Source of the DNA: Pseudomonadota bacterium
GTDB lineage: Bacteria > Bdellovibrionota > FAC87 > UBA2466
Direction of reading: 5' to 3'
NCBI GenBank assembly: GCA_043718025.1
Contig: JAYSWN010000099.1
Location: forward strand, 1-30,570
Length of the DNA stretch: 30,570 bases
The notes beneath the pieces are model-generated. The model searched no databases. It was not told the origin of the DNA and worked only from the letters and a program-made list of their open reading frames with translations. Made by a program: the position numbers and the translations under genes. Shown here in pieces: positions 1 to 8,733 of this stretch. How positions within the stretch are numbered: the stretch's first letter is position 1; every line of letters begins with the position of its first letter.

Positions 1-388
1 TTTCCCCAATTTGATACTCCTTTGGCACCAAGGCCTTTAAATTGGGAGATCCTCCGTGCCGTATCGAATCAAAATCCTCTCCGAACAGGCTGGCTTCAAT
101 CTGCTTACCGTCGAATCTCTTAAACACAATTCGTTTCGCTAAAAACTTTTCATTTTCAAACAGCGTCAGCACGGCGCCAATCCAATCGGCCATCAGTGTT
201 TCCCGATTGTCGCCCTGAGCCGACAGAGTGCGGGTGTCCACCGCGTTAACTCGATCCAGTTTCACGAGAAAATCGGTGAGCGCCAGCGCTCCATCGATAT
301 AAAGCCGCTGTAGGGAAGGGGCGGTGAGTAAAAATCCAGTATCCTGTTTTTGGTTAACGACTTGGTAACTAACGATTCGTTCGGGCAT
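1..388 (-). CDS. Archease-like (SHS2 domain) protein, runs off the window edge
   Basis: Hand translation, not in the ORF track: ATG at 388, open to position 2: MPERIVSYQVVNQKQDTGFLLTAPSLQRLYIDGALALTDFLVKLDRV...GDNRETLMADWIGAVLTLFE...IEASLFGEDFDSIRHGGSPNLKALVPKEYQIGE. Matches the archease layout (LL.DWL.ELL; L.GE.FD..RH; KA). Confidence 0.75.
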   Translation of the reverse strand, partial: MPERIVSYQVVNQKQDTGFLLTAPSLQRLYIDGALALTDFLVKLDRVNAVDTRTLSAQGDNRETLMADWIGAVLTLFENEKFLAKRIVFKRFDGKQIEASLFGEDFDSIRHGGSPNLKALVPKEYQIGE

Positions 389-394
389 CCGGCT

Positions 395-424
395 AGTTTA
401 TCGTTGGGGGCACCGCGCAAGCAA
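395..424 (-). promoter_or_regulatory. Putative sigma70 promoter for a leaderless archease-like mRNA
   Basis: TTGCTT-N18-TAAACT, then 6 nt, then the ATG at 388; no Shine-Dalgarno. Confidence 0.45.
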
Positions 425-463
425 AGGCATTTACTTAAATTGTTAAGACGAAACAAAAAGGGC

Positions 464-499
464 AAAAAAAACCGTGGGCGGTTTTACCCGCCCACGGTT
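464..499 (-). terminator. Intrinsic terminator after the sigma54 activator gene
   Basis: Perfect 12-bp stem AACCGTGGGCGG/CCGCCCACGGTT (470-481/488-499), 6-nt loop, then a T run on the minus strand; about 40 nt after the stop at 542. Confidence 0.85.
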
Positions 500-541
500 G
501 CGCGTGGATTCTTCCCTTTTTTTAGCAAACTCAATCTTGGA

Positions 542-2113
542 TTAGAGCTCGTTAGGCTTTTTCAACAGCTTGCGCTTATCGAGATTGTACTTCTCGACTT
601 TGTTGATGAGGCCGGCGCGGCTGATTCCCAGCTCTTTGGCGAGGCGAGATTTATTCCATCCCGTTCGCTTCAAGCCTTCGCGAATCATTTCGCGCTCTAG
701 CTCTTCTAGGGCGTCACGCAATTTGCCCTGGATGCGTACCCCCTGAACTTTGCTGCGTTCTCCGAATTCACGAATCCGGCCGCTGAGCATGTCGACTGTA
801 ATTTTTGTTTCCGCACCGGCAAGCACCGTGACGCGCTCCATTTCGTTTTCTAGCTCACGGATGTTACCTGGCCACGGGTAGTCAAAGATCTTCTCCAAGG
901 CACGCTTGGTAAGTAACTTTGGCTTAATGCCTTTTTCTTGGGCGCAACGGAGCAGAAAGTGATCACACAAAATGGGGATATCTTCCTTGCGGTCGCGCAG
1001 AGGCGGAACCGTGATGTTGATCACGTTAATCCGATAGTACAAGTCTTCTCGGAACGTTCCCTTCTCGACCATTTCCTTCAGATCTTTATTGGTCGCCGCC
1101 AAGATTCGCACGTCGACTTTGCGCGGCTCCGTGGCACCTACGGGGATAAAAGTTCCTTCCTGAATCACCCGAAGCAATTTCACTTGCATCGAAGGTGACG
1201 TGTCGCCGATTTCGTCGAGGAAGAAAGTTCCTCCGTCGGAAACCTCGAACAGCCCCTTTTTATCCTTTACGGCGCCCGTAAAAGACCCTTTAACGTGGCC
1301 GAATAGCTCTGAGTCCAACAGGTTGTCATTGAACGCCGAGCAGTTCTGCAGGGTAAAGACGCGGTCTTTTCGTGGCGAGTTGTAATGAATCGCCTTGGCA
1401 ATAAGCTCTTTACCAGTACCGTTCTCACCCTGAATGAGCACGGTGCTTTCGCTGTTCTTAATCTTATCGAGCAGTCCATATACATCCTGCATGGGTTTGG
1501 ATTTACCAATCATGCTGTCGTATTTGTAGCGAACGCCCAACTCATTATTAAGCTGATTGATGCGATCGTCGCGAAGGCTGATCTCTTTGTGCAGGGTGCT
1601 GATCTCTTTTGAAACCAGGTCTGCCAGTTCGGCAAAGTAGGGGGTTTCATCTTTGCCGAGCACGCGAACCTTACTTACCGCCAGGTCAATGTCCTGATGC
1701 GGAAGGTTAAAGTGCGCTAGAGCCTTTGCTAGCTCTTTGCGTTGCACTTCGGTAGCGCCCTCTTTGAAGTAGCCGATGCAGAGCACGGCACCCATGAAAT
1801 CGTTGTCGATGACGATGGGAAAGGACGCGCACACGAAGTGGGGAAAAAACTCTTTCACCATGTCGCGTTCGTTGGTTTTGCGAAGATCGGCCACCGTGTT
1901 ACGGACGAACTCCGAAAGGTGGTCGTACCCATCTTCACGCTGAAGCAACAAGTTTAAAACCTGATTCGAGTATTCGCGTTTTACGCCGCGCTCGATGATT
2001 TTCAAGTTTCCTCGATCGTCGGAAAAGAAGACGTCGATGTTAAACCACTTCGCGATCACCTCTTTGAGCTTGCGAATAACGTGTATATGCTCAAATTCAT
2101 CCCAATTGATCAT
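542..2113 (-). CDS. Sigma54-dependent enhancer-binding protein: PocR-like N-terminal sensor, AAA+ domain, Fis-type HTH
   Basis: Walker A GENGTGKE, ELFGHVKGSFTGA loop, Walker B FFLDEIG, RILAATN, FREDLYYR, WPGNIREL, C-terminal NKSRLAKELGISR HTH. The N-terminus has no receiver pattern and resembles PocR. SD GGGAGG. Confidence 0.93.
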   Translation of the reverse strand: MINWDEFEHIHVIRKLKEVIAKWFNIDVFFSDDRGNLKIIERGVKREYSNQVLNLLLQREDGYDHLSEFVRNTVADLRKTNERDMVKEFFPHFVCASFPIVIDNDFMGAVLCIGYFKEGATEVQRKELAKALAHFNLPHQDIDLAVSKVRVLGKDETPYFAELADLVSKEISTLHKEISLRDDRINQLNNELGVRYKYDSMIGKSKPMQDVYGLLDKIKNSESTVLIQGENGTGKELIAKAIHYNSPRKDRVFTLQNCSAFNDNLLDSELFGHVKGSFTGAVKDKKGLFEVSDGGTFFLDEIGDTSPSMQVKLLRVIQEGTFIPVGATEPRKVDVRILAATNKDLKEMVEKGTFREDLYYRINVINITVPPLRDRKEDIPILCDHFLLRCAQEKGIKPKLLTKRALEKIFDYPWPGNIRELENEMERVTVLAGAETKITVDMLSGRIREFGERSKVQGVRIQGKLRDALEELEREMIREGLKRTGWNKSRLAKELGISRAGLINKVEKYNLDKRKLLKKPNEL

Positions 2114-2297
2114 CTGACCCTCCCAAAGGTTCTTTACGATTCAAGACAATTCAAAATCTTGGCAAAAAAATCCCATGACGAAGCAATTCGTGAAAAAAAG
2201 GTCGAATTGCTTCGTATAACTTTTTGTCGTCGATGTTTTGGCTAGCTGCGGTGTTTGTTTTTTTTATGTCTGAAAATAAGACGTCTAACTTCTTACA

Positions 2298-2326
2298 AGT
2301 GTACGCAGCGTGACACCTAGTGTCAA
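2298..2326 (-). promoter_or_regulatory. Sigma70 promoter of the activator gene, overlapped by a palindromic operator-like site
   Basis: TTGACA(2326-2321)-N17-TACACT(2303-2298); palindrome TGACAC-cta-GTGTCA at 2311-2325. Confidence 0.75.
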
Positions 2327-2381
2327 GACGACGATGACCACTTAGCAGTCAACAATTGTGCTGTTTGCTACACACTTTTAT

Positions 2382-5177
2382 TTATCTAAGAAATTTCGCA
2401 AGATGGCGGCCGGTATGTGACAAAGGGTTGTTCGCTAACTCTTTAGGCGTGCCTACTCCGACGACAAGGCCACCCTTGTCACCACCGTCGGGCCCCATGT
2501 CGATCAGGTACTGACTGTTAGCAATCAGTTGAAGGTTGTGTTCGATTACTAACACCGAGTGCCCAGCCTGTACCAACCGGCGAAAGACACCAATCAAGCG
2601 ATCTACTTCACGAAAATGCAAACCGGTGGTCGGCTCATCGAGAATAAAGAGTGTCGGTTTTCTAGTTCCGCTCTGATTACCAAGTTCGCGTGCAATCTTT
2701 AGGCGCTGTGCTTCACCACCGGACAGAGTGTATCCGGGTTGGCCAACTCGCAGGTAGCCCAGGCCGACTTCCTTCAACAGTGAAAGCTTGGCCCTAAGGG
2801 GGGGCGATTTATCAAAAAATTCGAACGCCTCTTCGATGGTTAAACCCAAACAATCGTCGATATTTTTTCCCTTATATTTGACCGCCAGGATCGCCGGCTT
2901 AAATCTTTTTTGCTCACAAGCTTCGCAAGGGATCCAAACGTCTTCCAAAAACACCATGTCGATTTTGATTCGCCCTTCACCTTCGCAAGTTTCGCATCGT
3001 CCGCCAGTGACGTTGAAAGAGAAGAAGCCCGGCGGAAAACCCTTGCGCTGCGCTTCGGGCGTTGCCGCAAAAAGGGCGCGCACTTCGTCGTATCCTTTGA
3101 TGAACGTGATTGGATTACTACGGGTGCTGCGGCCAATGGAACTTTGGTCAACCAGTTCAACGGCGGACAACTGCTCCGCGCCCTTCATTTCCGCAAATTT
3201 TTCAATTTTTTCGGCACCTATGCCGAAAAGCTTAGCCAGAGCCTGATACAGGGTATCCACTACGAGGGTACTTTTGCCGCTTCCCGATACTCCGGTGACT
3301 GTGACAAAGGCTCGCAAAGGAATTTTAACGTTCACATTCTGCAAATTATTGCCTTGTGCACCACGAATTTCGAGCCACTGCGAGTGCTTTGGTGAAAGTC
3401 CTTTGTTCTCAAACGGGATGGTGGGAAATTCCCATTCGCGCAATGCATTGGCGGTTGGGCTATCGGCGTCTTTAAAGCGTTCTTGTGAACCGTTGAAGAG
3501 CACTTCACCCCCGCGCATTCCCGAACCCGGCCCCATGTCGATAACAAACTCGCCCCAGCGGATTACATCGGGATCATGCTCGACCACGATTAAGGAATTA
3601 CCGCGCTTCTTCAACTGATCTAGCACCGCCAAAAGGCGATCGGTATCGCGGGGGTGCAGGCCAATGCTGGGTTCATCAAGCACATACAGCGTGTCAGTAA
3701 GGCCTTGGCTTAGCTGCGTTCCGAGCAGGATGCGCTGGTACTCGCCCCCCGACAGGGTTTTGGTGAGTCGATCAAGCGTGAGATACGAAAGGCCTACTTC
3801 GTTTAGTAACTTAAGGCGTCGTTCAATCTGTCCCCTCACGTCGACGCTAATTTTCTGCTGGTTTTTGTTGAGTTCGATCTCGCTCAAATATTTAAGCAGA
3901 TTTTCAACGCTAAAGTGAACCACCTCGGCGATCGACAGGCCACCTATCTTCACCCGTAAAGCTGAGGCTTTAAGGCGTGCGCCTTTGCATTCGGGGCAAG
4001 TAAACGGAGAAAGATAACGGCTTAAGAAGACGCGCACGCGCATCTTGTACTTTTCTTCTTCCATCGCCTTGAACACGCCACGCACCCCACGGAAAGACTT
4101 ATCGCCCTCCCAAACCTGTTTGCGTTCGGCGTCGGTGAGGTCTTCATAGGACTCATCCGTATCAATTCTTCGCGCTTTGCAGAAGTCGATAAGTTTGCGT
4201 TGCCAATGTCGTAAGCTTGGTTTGGTGAACGGGTCGATCGCCCCACGTTGCAAGGTGAGTTTCGGATTGGGAACTACCAAATTTTCGTCTAACTCTAGGG
4301 TGTTGCCAAAGCCTTTGCAGCGCGCGCAGGCGCCGATGGGGCTGTTGAACGAAAAGGAGATGGCGGTTTTAGGCGGCGCCTTTTTCTTGCACTGAGGGCA
4401 GCGGATTTCGGTGGTGACGGTATCGAAATAGATCGCTTTACCGTTGTCCCAAAGATAAATATCGGCGTCGTAGTTGCCCGCATCCATTGATAGCTTCAGG
4501 GCCTCGCCGAGACGGCGAAGGGTTGCCGAATCCGCCGCTTCGTCGCTGAGCCTAATCCGATCGACGATAACCGAAAGTTTTTTGAGTTTCGGCGGTTTCT
4601 TAGCCGAAAGCAGATCTTCAATCGGCGTCACTTCATCTTTGGCCAGTATCCGCGAAAAGCCGGCACGCTGCCACTCTTCTAGCAGTTCAGTGGACAGCAG
4701 GGTCTTACCCATGTCCTTCGAAAAGGCCACCAACAGATCTTTGCCCCTTAGCGCCGTACTAACTCGGTCGGAGAGTTCGGTCAGCGACAGTTTTTCCGCC
4801 GGAATGTGGCAATCTTCACAGTATTCGGTGCCCACCTTTTCGAATAACAGGCGAAGGTAGTCATATAGTTCGGTGGTGGTGCCGACCGTGGCGCGTGAAT
4901 TTTTAACGGGGTTAATTTGCTCTAACGCGATTGTTGGCGGCACATTTTGAATGCGTTCGGCCTTGGGCGGGCTAAATTTTTGTAAGAATTGCCGGGCGTA
5001 GGTGGACAAGCTTTGCATGTAGCGCCGCTGCCCCTCAGCAAAAATAGTTTCAAAGGCAAGCGAGGACTTGCCCGACCCACTCGGACCGGTCACCACGATG
5101 GCTTTGCCAAGGGGAAGGTCGATGTCGATCGACTTCAAGTTATTTTGAGTAACACCGCGAAGTTGCAAAAAAGTCAT
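2382..5177 (-). CDS. uvrA: Excinuclease ABC subunit UvrA (possibly a second paralogue)
   Basis: Two ABC ATPase sites (GPSGSGKS, GVSGSGKS; LSGGE twice; LDEP twice), AEGQRRY..SLSTYARQFL, CxxC zinc modules, FSFN motifs; 931 aa. Confidence 0.95.
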   Translation of the reverse strand: MTFLQLRGVTQNNLKSIDIDLPLGKAIVVTGPSGSGKSSLAFETIFAEGQRRYMQSLSTYARQFLQKFSPPKAERIQNVPPTIALEQINPVKNSRATVGTTTELYDYLRLLFEKVGTEYCEDCHIPAEKLSLTELSDRVSTALRGKDLLVAFSKDMGKTLLSTELLEEWQRAGFSRILAKDEVTPIEDLLSAKKPPKLKKLSVIVDRIRLSDEAADSATLRRLGEALKLSMDAGNYDADIYLWDNGKAIYFDTVTTEIRCPQCKKKAPPKTAISFSFNSPIGACARCKGFGNTLELDENLVVPNPKLTLQRGAIDPFTKPSLRHWQRKLIDFCKARRIDTDESYEDLTDAERKQVWEGDKSFRGVRGVFKAMEEEKYKMRVRVFLSRYLSPFTCPECKGARLKASALRVKIGGLSIAEVVHFSVENLLKYLSEIELNKNQQKISVDVRGQIERRLKLLNEVGLSYLTLDRLTKTLSGGEYQRILLGTQLSQGLTDTLYVLDEPSIGLHPRDTDRLLAVLDQLKKRGNSLIVVEHDPDVIRWGEFVIDMGPGSGMRGGEVLFNGSQERFKDADSPTANALREWEFPTIPFENKGLSPKHSQWLEIRGAQGNNLQNVNVKIPLRAFVTVTGVSGSGKSTLVVDTLYQALAKLFGIGAEKIEKFAEMKGAEQLSAVELVDQSSIGRSTRSNPITFIKGYDEVRALFAATPEAQRKGFPPGFFSFNVTGGRCETCEGEGRIKIDMVFLEDVWIPCEACEQKRFKPAILAVKYKGKNIDDCLGLTIEEAFEFFDKSPPLRAKLSLLKEVGLGYLRVGQPGYTLSGGEAQRLKIARELGNQSGTRKPTLFILDEPTTGLHFREVDRLIGVFRRLVQAGHSVLVIEHNLQLIANSQYLIDMGPDGGDKGGLVVGVGTPKELANNPLSHTGRHLAKFLR

Positions 5178-5225
5178 TTCGGCTTCCTTTTGAGCTGAAG
5201 ACTAACCATAATCACAAGAACAACT

Positions 5226-6131
5226 ATGAGCAAAAGCACAAAGTGGGTCTTGGCTGGGTCTTTCGGGGCCCTCTGTTTAATAAGCGCTCTCGTCGGCCTG
5301 GGCGTAACTAGCGCCCTTTACCGGCCCGACTTCACTCAAATGAACAAGCGGGTAAAACTGAATATTAAACTCGCTGACCGCTCGAAGTCGACTAAGTGGT
5401 TTGGGCCTGAAACCGCTGATTGGGCGCCAATGAGTGGCATTTCCGACTACGTGATTGCCGCCGTTATATCCTCCGAAGACACCAGCTTCTATTCCCACCA
5501 GGGGGTCGATTTTCACGAACTCAAAGAGGCCATAAAAAAAGACATCAAGGAAAAACGCTGGGCCCGTGGCGCCAGTACCCTTACGCAGCAGGTCGTTAAA
5601 AACGTATATCTAACACAAGAAAAAACGGTTACTCGCAAATTTCGTGAGATTCTTTGGGCTGGCGAGATGGAGAAGTCTTTAACCAAGTCCCAGATACTCT
5701 GTTTTTATTTGAACATGGCAGAATGGGCGCCCGGTATTTACGGCATTAAGGGAGCGGCTCGCCACTATTTTCAAAAAGCTCCGTCTGACATCACGGCGAA
5801 AGAGGCTGCGTTTCTGGCCCTGTTGTTGCCTTCTCCATGGCGTTACCACGCCTATTTTGTGAAAAAAGAGGTCACCCCGTGGGCGCAGAAGCGGATCGAA
5901 CGAATTCTTTCGGTGATGAACAAGATGGGCTATTTGGACGAAATTGAGTACCAGACGGCCAGCGCAGAAGTGTTGTGGGGCGGGGCCGCTACCGTTGCCG
6001 TGGGGGGATCCGAGGGTGAGGGCAGTTCGGATGCTGCCGCCGAACCTGGGGAACCGAGCGATTCCAGTGCCCCGGCCGCCGCGGTTGTTGTTGATGAAGA
6101 GCCCGGGGTTGAAGATCCGGCGTTGAAGTGA
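5226..6131 (+). CDS. mtgA: Monofunctional peptidoglycan transglycosylase (GT51)
   Basis: N-terminal membrane anchor; EDTSFYSHQGVD, GASTLTQQVVKN, RKFRE, YLN motifs; no transpeptidase domain; acidic low-complexity tail. Confidence 0.9.
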   Translation: MSKSTKWVLAGSFGALCLISALVGLGVTSALYRPDFTQMNKRVKLNIKLADRSKSTKWFGPETADWAPMSGISDYVIAAVISSEDTSFYSHQGVDFHELKEAIKKDIKEKRWARGASTLTQQVVKNVYLTQEKTVTRKFREILWAGEMEKSLTKSQILCFYLNMAEWAPGIYGIKGAARHYFQKAPSDITAKEAAFLALLLPSPWRYHAYFVKKEVTPWAQKRIERILSVMNKMGYLDEIEYQTASAEVLWGGAATVAVGGSEGEGSSDAAAEPGEPSDSSAPAAAVVVDEEPGVEDPALK

Positions 6132-6143
6132 AGAGAGAACCAC

Positions 6144-6839
6144 TTGAATAGAAACAGAGGAAAATTTCTAATCTTGGCCGTTATCGGGATTGGTGCGTTG
6201 GTGCTGCTGGTCTCCGGACTCTCGGGTTACCTCACGATCGATTCTCTCAAAGCCAAGCGCGATGTGCTTTTGCTTTGGCGAGTTCAAAATCCGGTTTTGC
6301 TCGTTGCCTTATATTTTTTTGGCTATGTACTCAGCACCGCCTTGGCCATTCCCGGGGCCAGTATTTTTACGCTCGCCGGTGGCCTGCTCTTTGGCCTCTG
6401 GTGGGGATCGTTGTTAGTATCGCTTGCCAGCACAACCGGGGCGACGGTTGCCTGTGTTCTGTCCCGCTATTTCTTTGGAGGCTGGATACAAAGACGGTTC
6501 AGAGACAATCTTGTCGATATAAATCGCGGTTTTCAGCGTGACGGATCCCTATATTTGCTCAGTCTTCGGTTGATTCCTTTGTTCCCCTTTTTTATGGTGA
6601 ATCTTTTGATGGGGGTGCTTCCGATTCGCCTCACCACGTTTTTCTGGGTGAGTCTCGTGGGCATGTTTCCCGCCACGTTCCTTTACGTGAACGCCGGAAC
6701 CCATTTGGGCCGGGTGAATTCTGTGGGCGATATCTTGAGCCCCGGCATCCTTGTCTCATTGGCGCTATTGGGCCTCATTCCCCTTTTAGGTCAATGGATT
6801 TTCAAACTAGTGCGTCGGCCCTTACCTAAGGAAATTTAA
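6144..6839 (+). CDS. TVP38/TMEM64 (DedA superfamily, VTT domain) membrane protein
   Basis: Hydrophobic; PGASIFTLAGGLLFG, GAT, LRLIPLFPFFMVN, GMFPATFLYVNAG motifs; TTG start. Confidence 0.9.
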   Translation: MNRNRGKFLILAVIGIGALVLLVSGLSGYLTIDSLKAKRDVLLLWRVQNPVLLVALYFFGYVLSTALAIPGASIFTLAGGLLFGLWWGSLLVSLASTTGATVACVLSRYFFGGWIQRRFRDNLVDINRGFQRDGSLYLLSLRLIPLFPFFMVNLLMGVLPIRLTTFFWVSLVGMFPATFLYVNAGTHLGRVNSVGDILSPGILVSLALLGLIPLLGQWIFKLVRRPLPKEI

Positions 6840-7726
6840 TGATATTTACTAATCCACGACTATTCTCCCTCGTTGTCGCCTGGTGTCTGAGTGGCTGCGC
6901 GACGTCGCCGACGCGACACACGGCCTCCAGCACCGTTGAAAATGGGGAACCAGCTGACTACCAAGGACCATTCATCGACGCTCACGTTCACTTTGACGGC
7001 GAGCAGACTGGCCCCTCCCAAGCCATGCTGAATGAGCTAAAAAAAAGCAACGTCGTCGGGGCCGTAGTTCACGCCTCTCAGAAAAAAAGCACGCCAGATA
7101 TCCAGACCGCTCATTTGCCTAAACTCTCGGTATGCGCCGCGATCGTTCCCGGAAAAAAAATTAGCGATGTGCAAAGAGGGATCGATGAAAAGCGCTACCA
7201 TTGTATGAAGATTTACCTGGGGTATGTGCCCAAAGCGGCGTCTGATTCCTTCTATAAGCCCTTCTACAAGTTGGCCGAGAAGAAGAAAGTTCCCGTGGTT
7301 TTCCATACCGGGGATACTTACGATAAAATGGCGACGATAAAATTTGCCGATCCCCTTAGCATTGATGAAGTGGCGATCGCCTACCCGAAAGTAAAATTCG
7401 TTCTGGCCCACATGGGCAACCCGTGGATTCAATCGGCCGCCGAAGTGGTTTACAAAAATGATAATTGTTATGTGGATCTGTCGGCGCTAATGATTGGCGA
7501 TATTGAAAGAAGCACGCCCGAACAGCTTGAGGAGCTGGTGATTAAGCCAATTCACTGGTTCTTTTTATACGTGGAGAACCCAAAGAAGTTTCTATTTGGT
7601 TCTGACTGGCCGCTAGTTTCTATCGCGCCGTACTTACAAATTGTAAAACGTGCGATCCCCAAGGAACATTGGCGGGCCGTGTTTTATCAAAATGCGATCG
7701 ACGTCTTTCCGGATCTCAAAAATTAG
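6839..7726 (+). CDS. Amidohydrolase_2-family metallohydrolase, predicted lipoprotein
   Basis: IDAHVH, FHTG, LAHMG, YVDLS, FGSDWP metal-site motifs; signal peptide with lipobox LSG-C; TAATG coupling to the upstream gene. Confidence 0.88.
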   Translation: MIFTNPRLFSLVVAWCLSGCATSPTRHTASSTVENGEPADYQGPFIDAHVHFDGEQTGPSQAMLNELKKSNVVGAVVHASQKKSTPDIQTAHLPKLSVCAAIVPGKKISDVQRGIDEKRYHCMKIYLGYVPKAASDSFYKPFYKLAEKKKVPVVFHTGDTYDKMATIKFADPLSIDEVAIAYPKVKFVLAHMGNPWIQSAAEVVYKNDNCYVDLSALMIGDIERSTPEQLEELVIKPIHWFFLYVENPKKFLFGSDWPLVSIAPYLQIVKRAIPKEHWRAVFYQNAIDVFPDLKN

Positions 7727-8667
7727 TTACGTACCGGGGCGAGCAACATCACGCGCCAGCCTGATTGAAATGACTCACGGATCTTGGAAACCTCGGAAAT
7801 CGCCAAGCCCACTTCGGAAAGGCTCTCCGCATCGTCATCTCCGAATAATAATTTTTTCAAATACCCTTCGCTGGCTTCTGTTTCATGCACCGGGGCATTC
7901 TCGGGAAGACCGGCAACTTTTTTGGCTTCCGCCACGGCATCTTCAAATCCGCCCAGATTATCCACCAACTTGGCCTTTTTGGCCTGCTGTCCGGTCATTA
8001 CGCGGCCGTCAGTCCACTGCTCTACTTCTTGGTCAGTCAGCTTCCGTCGTTCTTTAACGGCTGCTTTAAACTGAACGTGGATGTCGGCCAGCATCCCTTC
8101 AAACAACGCCCGCTCTTCTGGTTTCATCGGACGCGTTTCTGAACCCGCGGCCTTAAGTTTTCCGGCGGTAATTTCGTAGCGCTCAATCTTGGCCCAATCG
8201 TAGAGCTTAGAAAGATTAGCAAACTCCATAATCACGCCGATGCTGGCAGTCAGCGTTCCTGGATTGGCAAAAATGTTTCGGCCCGCCAAGGCAATGTAAT
8301 ATCCACCACTGGCGGCTAATGAGCCCATTGAAATGATAACCGGGATTTTGGAATCCAGTTTTTTAAAGGCTTCAAAAATTTCTTGGGAGGGGGCGACTAC
8401 ACCACCCGGCGAATTAATTCGCACTACAACCGCCTTTACGTGGTGGTCTTCTTTTATCTTTTCGATTCGTTTAAGAATTTTAGTTGAAGAGTAGATGACG
8501 CCGGTTACGTCGATAACGGCCACCGACTTCTCTCCCGATTTTTTGGCGGGGGCTCCTGGTTTTGAACCAAACCAAGCCATTTTTATGAAAGATACGGTGG
8601 CAGTGGTGAAAAGTACGATGAAGAATATCGCTACGGCGATTCCAAGTAGGCGAAAAATGCCACGCAT
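7723..8667 (-). CDS. sppA: Signal peptide peptidase SppA, short (36K) type, S49
   Basis: RINSPGG, AASGGYYIA, TASIGVI, DGRVMTGQQA, LVDNLG; N-terminal anchor. Confidence 0.93.
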   Translation of the reverse strand: MRGIFRLLGIAVAIFFIVLFTTATVSFIKMAWFGSKPGAPAKKSGEKSVAVIDVTGVIYSSTKILKRIEKIKEDHHVKAVVVRINSPGGVVAPSQEIFEAFKKLDSKIPVIISMGSLAASGGYYIALAGRNIFANPGTLTASIGVIMEFANLSKLYDWAKIERYEITAGKLKAAGSETRPMKPEERALFEGMLADIHVQFKAAVKERRKLTDQEVEQWTDGRVMTGQQAKKAKLVDNLGGFEDAVAEAKKVAGLPENAPVHETEASEGYLKKLLFGDDDAESLSEVGLAISEVSKIRESFQSGWRVMLLAPVRN

Positions 8668-8675
8668 AGGATCCT

Positions 8676-8721
8676 AAAAAAAAGGCCGGCACCCTAAAGA
8701 GATTTCTCTTAGAGTGCCGGC
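8676..8721 (-). terminator. Intrinsic terminator after rpsA, abutting the sppA ribosome-binding site
   Basis: GCCGGCAC/GTGCCGGC stem (8685-8692/8714-8721) extended by inner TA-AGAG pairing, then T8 (8683-8676) on the minus strand. Confidence 0.8.
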
Positions 8722-8733
8722 ACAAAGGGTTAC

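Noticed and set aside
262..700. Track ORFs 262-465 (-) and 350-700 (+)
   Set aside because: They cross the terminator and overlap the archease-like and activator genes in other frames; no motifs.
5178..5225. SOS/LexA box upstream of uvrA
   Set aside because: No CTGT-N8-ACAG, GAAC-N4-GTTC or other convincing palindrome seen.
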